A stretch of 62,925 nucleotides of DNA, counting the filler, from Coriobacteriales bacterium (GTDB lineage Bacteria; Actinomycetota; Coriobacteriia; Coriobacteriales; UBA8131): assembly GCA_031263105.1 (NCBI GenBank). It is 5 parts of 5 records of this genome, joined end to end, with 100 filler letters (N's around TTAATTAATTAA, not from the genome) between each part and the next. Parts side by side here need not be neighbours in the genome. Positions count along the whole stretch, not along the records: positions 48,768 to 56,448 come from JAISGJ010000086.1; positions 56,549 to 62,925 come from JAISGJ010000240.1; 3 more parts are not named here. The stretch is one strand, 5' to 3'. How positions within the stretch are numbered: the stretch's first letter is position 1; every line of letters begins with the position of its first letter. The position numbers and the translations under genes are program-made. The notes beneath the pieces were generated by a model. The model saw only the letters and a program-made list of their open reading frames with translations, was not told the DNA's origin and did not search any database. This document shows, one piece after another, positions 55,468 through 62,925 of this stretch.

Positions 55468-56283
55468 ATGAAAGACATGCTTGAGGGAAAGGTCGCCCTG
55501 ATAACCGGCGCCACCAGCGGCATGGGCGAGGCCACGGCCAGACTGTTCGCCCGCGAGGGCGCCAAGGTCGTCATCGGCGGCCGCAGCGCAGACAAGGGCA
55601 GACGTATCGCCGCAGAGATCGAGGAGGCCGGTGGCGTGGCACGCTTCTATGCCTCCTTGGATGTGACCGAGCAGGACTCGGTCGACGCCGTCGTCGACGC
55701 GACCTTGCGGGAGTTCGGGCAGATCGACATCCTCGCCACCTACGCCGGGCAGACCTTCGACCACGACGGGCTCGACCCCTGGGAGCAGTACGACAGGACC
55801 ATGGACGCCAACATGACCGGCACCTACCGCTGCGTCCTTGCGGTGCTCCCCCACATGAAGGAGCGCGAATCCGGCAACATCATCATCTGCTCGTCCAACG
55901 GGGCGTTCAATCCCACCACGCCGGCCTACGACTACCACATGGCCAAAGGCGCATGCGAGTCCCTGACGGTGAACCTTGCGACCGAGCTTGCCCCGCTCGG
56001 CATCCGTGTGAACTGCATCAAGCCGGGCCCGATCGTCACCCCGTTCTGGGACGAACTCATCGAGGAGGGGGAAGGGCGCAGGGCGCTGTTTGCGGGCATC
56101 GCCAAACGGGAGGTGCCGATGGAGCGCGTGGGGACCCCCGAGGACATCGCCGGCCCTGCGCTGTTCTTCGCTTCGGGGCTCTCGGCCTACGTCACAGGGC
56201 TCTGCCTGTATGTCGCAGGCGGCATGGGATACATCTACGCGCACGGGCAGTCGTTCTTGATGTCGGGCGAAGCAGGGATCTGA
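55468..56283 (+). CDS. SDR family NAD(P)-dependent oxidoreductase
   Basis: TGATSGMG, YHMAK (YxxxK), GIRVNCIKPG, RVGTPEDIA. Confidence 0.92.
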   Translation: MKDMLEGKVALITGATSGMGEATARLFAREGAKVVIGGRSADKGRRIAAEIEEAGGVARFYASLDVTEQDSVDAVVDATLREFGQIDILATYAGQTFDHDGLDPWEQYDRTMDANMTGTYRCVLAVLPHMKERESGNIIICSSNGAFNPTTPAYDYHMAKGACESLTVNLATELAPLGIRVNCIKPGPIVTPFWDELIEEGEGRRALFAGIAKREVPMERVGTPEDIAGPALFFASGLSAYVTGLCLYVAGGMGYIYAHGQSFLMSGEAGI

Positions 56284-56284
56284 G

Positions 56285-56448
56285 ATGGCAGGCACGCTTG
56301 ATTTCTACGAGCGGCACAAGGGGCAGTCGACCTGGCAGGACGGCGACCTCACCGTCACGCGCACGACCGTCTGGTCGGGCCCCGGCTGCCACGACGGCTG
56401 CGGCGTGCTGTACTACACCAGGGACGGCGCGCTCGTGAAGGTCGAGGG
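56285..56448 (+). CDS. Third molybdopterin oxidoreductase paralog, N-terminal fragment cut by contig end
   Basis: WQDGDLTVTRTTVWSGPGCHDGCGVLYY, very similar to the protein at 19645. Confidence 0.85.
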
Positions 56449-56548
56449 NNNNNNNNNNNNNNNNNNNNNNNNNNNNNNNNNNNNNNNNNNNNTTAATTAA
56501 TTAANNNNNNNNNNNNNNNNNNNNNNNNNNNNNNNNNNNNNNNNNNNN
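56449..56548. other. Artificial contig-joining linker
   Basis: N44-TTAATTAATTAA-N44. Confidence 0.97.
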
Positions 56549-56682
56549 GACAGAACAGTACCGTCCCCACTGTCACACCCACCGTCACACGCGGGCTGTG
56601 ACAGAACGGTACCGTCCCCACCGTCACACGCGGGCTGTGACAGAACGGTACCGTCCCCACCGTCACAGTCCCCACTGTCACC
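56549..56682. repeat. Third repeat family, ~39-bp unit GACAGAACGGTACCGTCCCCACCGTCACACGCGGGCTGT
   Basis: About 3 copies, each with a TGTGAC/GTCACA hairpin; in frame with the GT2 C-terminus. Confidence 0.75.
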
Positions 56683-57486
56683 TGTCGCGGCAGCCGGAGC
56701 GGTTGCGGGATCGGAAGCGCCCGGTTTTCTCGCTAAAAAATCGAGGAGGGCGAGCTGGCCTATGGCCTTGCCCCAGAACTTGGCGCGGCTTCTGGGGGCG
56801 GTGACGGTCGAGTCGCTCCGTATCCTGCGGTGATAGAGCGCCCGGGGGATGTGCTGCACCCTCTGCGCACCCAGAAGGGCCGAGAAGGTGAAAACGTCGT
56901 CCTCATGGATGATCCCCTCGATGAAGCGCAGGCCCTGCTCCGTCAGGAAGCCCCTTCGGTACAGCGAGAGGCAGACGGACTCCCGGTAGTCGCCTTGGGC
57001 ACGCAGCTCGCCGAACAGGGTGCGCCCGTCCCGGACGCCTTCGTAGCTCCCCTTTCTGAGGTACAGCCCGTCGTACACAGCGAAGGCCTCCCTCATCTCG
57101 TCGCTCTCGAAGAAGGTCCGAGCATCGAAGAACACGAGGTCGAGGGAGGACTCCTCGGCCTTGGCACAGCACAGTTCCAGCAGCTCGGGGGCCTGATAGT
57201 CGTCGGAGTCCAGGAAGGAGACGTAGCTGCCGCGTGCGACGCCGAGGCCCGCATTGCGCGCGGAGGACTGCCCGCCGTTCTCCTTGTCGATGAGCACGAC
57301 GCGGGAGTCCGCTCGGGCATACCGGGCAAGGATGCTCCGCGAACCGTCCGTCGAGCCGTCGTTCACACAGATGACCTCGATGTCGCGCAGCGTCTGGCCG
57401 AGCACCCCGTCGAGGCACTCCTCAAGGTAGCGCTCGGCGTTGTAGACGGGGATTATCACGCTCGCTTTGGGGAGACGCTCAGCCAT
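56549..57486 (-). CDS. Glycosyltransferase family 2 (3' end lost at contig edge)
   Basis: SVIIPVYN, VNDGSTD, NGGQSSARNAG, FLDSDD, HEDD. Confidence 0.9.
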
Positions 57487-57513
57487 TGTGCGGCGCCTTC
57501 TTGAGGACGTGCG

Positions 57514-60500
57514 TCAACGGCGGGCGGCCCAATAGTCCCACGTGGCGGTCGAGCCATAGAACAGGTTGAGGTCGAGGTTGCCGTTATAGCCCGACAGCCT
57601 TCCCTGGGAGGTGTACTGATAGATGTTGCAGGACACCATGGGGGTGTTGGCATGCGAGTAGCCGTAATACAGACGGTCGTACCAGTAGTTGGCCTGCCAC
57701 AGCATGACGCCCAGCTCGGTCCAGAGGCCGTTTATCTTGCTCTGCGCCCATGACCCCGAGGTGTAGATGTTGCATTTGACGCTCGTGAGCCGGTAGACCT
57801 CGTCGCAGAACTTCTTGATCCAGACCTTGTCCACGCCCGGCACGTCCTCCTCGTAGTCCAGGAACAGGACCGCCCTGCCGATGTAGGCACGGATGCCGTT
57901 CACGAAGTGGCGCGCCTCGGAGACGGCGGAGTTCTGGCCCTTGTACTCCGCCGCATAGTGGTACAGGCCCAGCTTCTTGCCGCGCTCGAGCGCCGAGTTC
58001 GCCTGCGCCATGAACAGGGGGTTCGTATAGGTCGTGCCGCCCGTCGCCTTGACGATCATGAAGTCGTAGTTGACGCGGGAGCCGATGTCGGCGGGCTGCC
58101 AGCTCGAGACGTCTATGCCGTCGAGCGGGGCCTTCTTGTAGGCGCCCGTCGACGTGAAGTTCGTGAACCTGAACAGCTGCGCACTGCTGCTCCTCTTCTT
58201 GGAGACGAGCACCTCGGTCGAGTTCACGGTGTTGCCGTCCCTCACCTCGAGGCACGAGGTTCCTGCACCGAGGATGCTGGATATGCGGAACTCGCCGTCG
58301 CCGACGTATTCGACCTTCCAGGTCTGCCGTTTGCTCGTCTCGCTCCCTGCGCGCCAGGTCCATTGCTGGACGGTGCCTTGCCCGCTTGCAGGGTCGAGAA
58401 GCTCGTTTTTGACCTCAAGGGGCTTGCTGGAGTTCAGCGGGACTATGCGGCAGGTGCCGTCGGCATTGCCCACAAAGCTGAACTTCTGGGCGAAGGTCCC
58501 GTTTGCCTCGTAGAGCTGCAGGGCGGCGCCGTTGTCGAGCGAGGCGGCCCTGATGTCGAGGACCATGTTCGTGTCAAGGGCGCTGGCGACCACATAGATG
58601 CCGTCCCCCACGGCGGTGGTGGGAACCAGCTTCCAGCTTTGGGAAAGGCTGTTCCTGCGGGGGTTGACCTTCACGTTCGCGCCTGCCTTCTTGCTGGCAC
58701 CGGCGACGTCGAGCACCTGGCCGTTGCCGTTCTGCAAGAAGAAGTAGCTCCCGCCCGAATAGACGAGCCGGAACTTCCAGTGCTGGGTCGTGGCCTTGGT
58801 ATAGGGCGTCATGACGACGTTGCTCCCGGAAAGGCCGAGCACCAGGCCGGAGTTGAGGCATTCGATGCGGTAGGCGCCCCCGCCGACCGCAACGGCCCTG
58901 AACTTCTGCGCCTGGGTGTTGTTCGCGGTATAGGTCTGGACCCTCGTGCCCTTGGTGATCCCGTTCGCCTTGACGTCGAGCACGGTGCCCAAGGCACTGT
59001 TGAGCGTGATGATGCTCTTGTTGGGAACGAGCGGCGCCCTCTCGAAGGTCCACAGCTGGGCGGCGTTGGCCTTCTTCACCCTCGAGGTGTGGACACCGGT
59101 CCGGTTGGCGGTCTTGCCGCCCTTGACCTCGAGCACAAGGCCGCTGCAGGCGGCATAGAGGCGATACACGCCCTTGCCGTTGTCCACAATGGTCCAGCGC
59201 TGGGCGGGCGTGCTGTTCGCTTTATGAAGCGCCACGGCGGTGCCGTCGCGCGTGCCGGACCCCACGACGTCAAGGGGCTTCAGGGCATTGACGTTGGTGA
59301 GGGTGTAGTAGCCGGTCTTCGCGTCGTACACCACCCGGAACCTCTGGGCAAAGGTGTCGTTGTCCTGGTATATCTGGAGCTTGGCCCCGTTTGCCGTTCC
59401 AGCCGACGCGATGTCCAAGACCTTGTCCGACGACTTCGTGTGAATGATGTAGTACCCGTTGGCAATGACGGGCCTTATCTCCTTGAGCAGGAACTTCTGG
59501 GCAGAGACGGCCCTGGCGCGCTGGAGTTGGAGTCCGGTGCCGTTCGTAGACGCCCCCCTGACGAGCCCCAAGGCGAGCTTCCTGTCCAGCATGGTGTGGA
59601 TCGAGTAGCTGCCGTCCGGGTCGCCGGTGGGCACGAGCTCCCATCTCTGGGCGGCCGTGCCGTTGGGGGCGTACTGCCATATCAGGTTGCTGCTTTCTGC
59701 CCGGCCCTGGCGCACGTCGAGCGCCTTCCCGGAGTTGACGTTGATGATGACGTAGGAGCCGTCCCGTTGCCGCTCGAGCCTGAAGCGCTGCGCAGGAGTG
59801 GTGTTGGGGGTGTATATCTGCGCGAAGGCCCCGTCTTGACGCGAAGCAGCGGGGATGTCGAAGACCTTGGCACCGGGCAGGATGGAGGCGATGGTGTAGA
59901 TGCCGCTCAGGTCGGTCGTGGCAGCCAAGGGGGCAAGGTCGCCCGAGCCGCCTGCGGAGGCGGCCTTGGTGTCCTTGGCCTTGGCGGCCTTTTCGTCCTT
60001 GCTGCTGGTCTTGCTGCCTGTTTCGTCGGTCGTGTCGGCCTGGTCCGGCTCGGCCGGCTGGTCCGGCTGGTCCGACTCTTCGGCTTGGGCCGGCGGGGCC
60101 GGCTCGGTCGACTGGTCCGAGGCATCGGCGGGGGCCGGGACAGCGGGGTCGGGGCCGTCGGGGCCGGTGGCGGGGTCGTCGGTGGCGGGACCGTCGGGGC
60201 CGTCGGGGCCGGCGGGGCCGGCGGGGCCGGGGCCCTCATCGGGGCCGGCATCGGGGTCGGCGGGGTCGGCGGGGTCGGGGCCGGTGGCGGAACCGGCAGT
60301 GCCGCCGTCATCCCCTGCGCCGGATGTCCCGGGCGGGGTGGAGGGAGCAGCTCCGTCCTGGTCCCCTCCTCCCACGACCGATGCCGCCCCTTCCAGGGCC
60401 TCCGCCGAAACGACGGTCGGGCCTTCGACGGACTGCGACGTGCCCTCCGCTGGGCCGGCCTCCGACCCTGCGTAGGCGGGCACTGTCGTCACGGTGCCGA

Positions 60501-60615
60501 CGACCAACAGGAACGAGAGCATCGCAGAAAGGACCGCACGCACGCTCAGCCCCCTTCGATGCCGCCTGCTCGACCCGTGCTGCGATGCGGACCTGTCCGC
60601 CTGTGCGTTCTTCAT
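57514..60615 (-). CDS. Secreted GH25 muramidase with multiple ricin-B lectin repeats and a Pro/Asp/Gly-rich linker
   Basis: Hydrophobic signal segment; repeated LD(V/I)...NxTxAQ(R/K)(F/W) ricin motifs; GIDVSSWQ, VKATGG, GLYHY, LDYEE, QYTS.G, LDLN. Confidence 0.9.
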   Translation of the reverse strand: MKNAQADRSASQHGSSRRHRRGLSVRAVLSAMLSFLLVVGTVTTVPAYAGSEAGPAEGTSQSVEGPTVVSAEALEGAASVVGGGDQDGAAPSTPPGTSGAGDDGGTAGSATGPDPADPADPDAGPDEGPGPAGPAGPDGPDGPATDDPATGPDGPDPAVPAPADASDQSTEPAPPAQAEESDQPDQPAEPDQADTTDETGSKTSSKDEKAAKAKDTKAASAGGSGDLAPLAATTDLSGIYTIASILPGAKVFDIPAASRQDGAFAQIYTPNTTPAQRFRLERQRDGSYVIINVNSGKALDVRQGRAESSNLIWQYAPNGTAAQRWELVPTGDPDGSYSIHTMLDRKLALGLVRGASTNGTGLQLQRARAVSAQKFLLKEIRPVIANGYYIIHTKSSDKVLDIASAGTANGAKLQIYQDNDTFAQRFRVVYDAKTGYYTLTNVNALKPLDVVGSGTRDGTAVALHKANSTPAQRWTIVDNGKGVYRLYAACSGLVLEVKGGKTANRTGVHTSRVKKANAAQLWTFERAPLVPNKSIITLNSALGTVLDVKANGITKGTRVQTYTANNTQAQKFRAVAVGGGAYRIECLNSGLVLGLSGSNVVMTPYTKATTQHWKFRLVYSGGSYFFLQNGNGQVLDVAGASKKAGANVKVNPRRNSLSQSWKLVPTTAVGDGIYVVASALDTNMVLDIRAASLDNGAALQLYEANGTFAQKFSFVGNADGTCRIVPLNSSKPLEVKNELLDPASGQGTVQQWTWRAGSETSKRQTWKVEYVGDGEFRISSILGAGTSCLEVRDGNTVNSTEVLVSKKRSSSAQLFRFTNFTSTGAYKKAPLDGIDVSSWQPADIGSRVNYDFMIVKATGGTTYTNPLFMAQANSALERGKKLGLYHYAAEYKGQNSAVSEARHFVNGIRAYIGRAVLFLDYEEDVPGVDKVWIKKFCDEVYRLTSVKCNIYTSGSWAQSKINGLWTELGVMLWQANYWYDRLYYGYSHANTPMVSCNIYQYTSQGRLSGYNGNLDLNLFYGSTATWDYWAARR

Positions 60616-60808
60616 GTCAGATGCGCCTTTCAGCCAGATTCCCCTCACGGGGATACCGATCGCTCCCCCTCGCCCAGTGCCTCAAAACACCGAAGCCCAC
60701 AGGCCGCCGATCGACTTTCCCAAACGTCTACCACCTTAGCACAACATCCCTCCTGCTGCATAATGCCCTCCAGGCAGGGGCAGGAAGCGGGCTACTGCTC
60801 AGTTACTG

Positions 60809-61071
60809 CTCACACCCCACTGTCATTCCGAGCCCCCACTGTCATTCCGAGCCCCGCCGAGGAATCTTTGGACACGCAGTGTCCAACGGTAGGTCAGTGG
60901 ACCCTTCGACCTGCGGTCGACCGCTTGCGCGGTCGAGGATCCCTCGGCAGGCTCGGGATGACAGTGGGGGCCCGGGATGGCAGTGGGGGCCCGGGATGGC
61001 AGTGGGGGCCCGGGATGGCAGTGGGGGCCCGGGATGGCAGTGGGGGCCCGGGATGGCAGTGGGGTGTGAAC
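60809..61071. repeat. Palindromic element with duplicated left end and five 19-bp tandem units at the right end
   Basis: Interior nearly identical to 28661-28810; GGGGGCCCGGGATGGCAGT x5; ends in GGGGTGTGAAC. Confidence 0.9.
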
Positions 61072-61256
61072 AGTGCTGCATAATGCCCTCCGGGCAGAGG
61101 CAGGAAGGGGCGGCAGGGGCAGGAAGGCGGGGGGCTATCGCTTGGTGCCGAGATATGAGATAATGGGGCATCTATGGATGTCATCGGACACACAGAACAA
61201 AGGTTTGTCAGGCACTGAGCGCTTGGCAATTTGGAACCGACAGGGCTTCTTCTCTT

Positions 61257-62735
61257 ATGAATCTATCCCCACGCACTACGCGAAACACCAGAAACCGCAG
61301 GCCGCTCCAAAAGGACGAGGGGCCCCTTCGCACACAGCGAAGGGCGAAGCAGCTCTCGCGCCTCGACGCCGCAGGGGGCTATGCCCAGATACGGAGCCAG
61401 CGCAGCCGCAGGAAGACCGTCGTCAAGGCCTTGGGCATAACCTTGGCGTCGCTGCTCGTCGTCGCCATCATCGGCGTGGCCGCCTTCGCGCTCGTCGTCA
61501 ACAACAAGCTGGGAACCGACTTCACGGGCAACAAGGGGGACTTCGACAGCGGGACCTTCAAAACCACGCTCGTGGCACCGGAGAAGCCCGAGGACCCCTT
61601 CTGGATGCTCCTCATGGGCACGGACGACCGGGAGGACCTGGAGCTCCCCCGGACCGACACGCTGATACTGGTCCGGGTCGACCAGGCGAACAAGGCCATG
61701 GCCATGATCTCGATACCTCGGGACACCTACGTGGAGATAGAGGGCATAGGGGGCGAGAAGATCAACACCGCCTACACCTATGCCGAGATAGAGAAGCCCG
61801 GCAGTGGGACGGCAGCGACCCTGAAAGCGGTCTCGCGGTTCTCCGGCGTTGACATCTCCTACTTCGCACAGGTGAACTTCGACGGCCTGATACGGCTCGT
61901 CGACGGCCTCAACGGGGTCGAGGTCGATGTGCCCGTCGACATCATCGGGGACTACGACGCGGGCGGGCTCGACATCTATGCGGGGCAGCAGACCCTCGAT
62001 GGCGCGCACGCCCTCGTGTTCTGCCGCTCCCGCGAGTTCCTGAACGGCGATTACCAGCGCCAGGCCAACCAGCGCACCTTCCTGCAGGCGCTCGCCACAA
62101 AGGTGCTCGCCTCGAACCCCGCGACCATCGCCACCACCGTGACGAACCTGGCCGACATGACCTACACCAACATGGACATCGCCAAGATAGTCAAGGTCGC
62201 GCAGGGCATGGCGGGCATGAAGGAAAACGGCATCCACACCTACACGGTGCCCTCGACCACCGACGACACCACCGGGACATCCTACGTCGTCGCCGATGCG
62301 GATGCGTGGACACAGCTGCTCAGGTCGATCGAGGCAGGCTCGTATCCAGAGCGGCAGGACGAGGGAATCGGAGGGGTCGTGCCGGAGAGCTACGTCGCGG
62401 GCCCCGGAGGAACGGCGACGGACGGTTCCACACAGGCCCCTCTCGGCAACCCGGGCGACTACACCGTCGAGGTCCGAAACGGCAACGGCATCACTGGCTC
62501 CGCAAAGGACGTGTCCGACGCGATCGCCTCGGCAGGCTATGTGCCAGGCGAGGTAGGCGACGCCCAGAACAGCGACTATGCGACGACCCTCATCGTCTAT
62601 AAGAACGATGGGGACAAACGCGTGGCGGACGACATTCGGCAGCGCCTGGGCTATGGGAAGCCCACCGCGTCCCGAGGCGCCTACACCTTCAGCGGCGACA
62701 TCCTGGTCGTCGTCGGCAAGGACTTCAAGGCCTAG
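61257..62735 (+). CDS. LCP (LytR-CpsA-Psr) family protein with LytR C-terminal domain
   Basis: N-terminal TM; LMGTD, RTDTLIL, SIPRDT, KINTAY, LVDGLNGVEV, DYQRQANQR; C-terminal VEVRNGNG..VVGKDF. Confidence 0.93.
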   Translation: MNLSPRTTRNTRNRRPLQKDEGPLRTQRRAKQLSRLDAAGGYAQIRSQRSRRKTVVKALGITLASLLVVAIIGVAAFALVVNNKLGTDFTGNKGDFDSGTFKTTLVAPEKPEDPFWMLLMGTDDREDLELPRTDTLILVRVDQANKAMAMISIPRDTYVEIEGIGGEKINTAYTYAEIEKPGSGTAATLKAVSRFSGVDISYFAQVNFDGLIRLVDGLNGVEVDVPVDIIGDYDAGGLDIYAGQQTLDGAHALVFCRSREFLNGDYQRQANQRTFLQALATKVLASNPATIATTVTNLADMTYTNMDIAKIVKVAQGMAGMKENGIHTYTVPSTTDDTTGTSYVVADADAWTQLLRSIEAGSYPERQDEGIGGVVPESYVAGPGGTATDGSTQAPLGNPGDYTVEVRNGNGITGSAKDVSDAIASAGYVPGEVGDAQNSDYATTLIVYKNDGDKRVADDIRQRLGYGKPTASRGAYTFSGDILVVVGKDFKA

Positions 62736-62754
62736 GGGGAACACAGAAGAATGC

Positions 62755-62925
62755 GGTCGGCTGCTTCGCAGCCGAAGATTCCTCGACAGCGCTGCGCTGC
62801 GCTCGGAATGACAGTGGTGTTCTGTGGTGTGGTGTGGTGTTCTGTGGTGTGGTGTGGTGTTCTGTGGTGTGGTGTGGTGTTCTGTGGTGTGGTGTGGTGT
62901 TCTGTGGTGTGGTGTGGTGTTCTGT
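62755..62925. repeat. Right half of a palindromic element followed by a 20-bp tandem repeat
   Basis: GGCTGCTTCGCAGCCGAAGATTCCTCG...GCTCGGAATGACAGTG, then TCTGTGGTGTGGTGTGGTGT x5. Confidence 0.85.

Overview
High-GC bacterial DNA, most consistent with a Coriobacteriia (Eggerthellaceae-like) genome; this is inferred from gene content. The window is five contigs joined by artificial N44-TTAATTAATTAA-N44 linkers (19260-19359, 42459-42558, 48668-48767, 56449-56548), so adjacency across linkers means nothing. Contig 1 holds a housekeeping cluster (carboxyltransferase-BCCP fusion, accC, Asp23, nusB, xseB, dxs, tlyA, NAD kinase, recN, steA/steB-like), coaX, a two-component system, decayed toxin-antitoxin remnants, aspartate kinase and a CPBP protease. 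Contig 2 holds two cytoplasmic molybdopterin oxidoreductases (one with a degenerate HNH-like C-terminal domain) around a PucR regulator, an FTR1/P19 iron-uptake operon ending in a triheme cytochrome c lipoprotein, a Phd-PIN TA pair, a structured intergenic RNA candidate, and a lower-GC operon (coiled-coil protein, ClpB-D2-like AAA+, NrdG-like radical SAM, Zn-ribbon Ser/Thr kinase). Contig 3 holds an ABC exporter and amtB-glnK. Contig 4 holds a 21-aa peptide gene missing from the ORF track (possibly with a UGA-encoded selenocysteine), an MftC-like radical SAM and a PqqD/RRE protein, forming a candidate new RiPP system, followed by SDR/MFS/PucR/Mo-enzyme genes. Contig 5 holds a GT2, a ricin-GH25 muramidase and an LCP protein. 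A palindromic REP/MITE-like family with tandemly amplified ends is spread throughout and has entered coding sequence. No rRNA, tRNA, CRISPR array or transposase was recognised.
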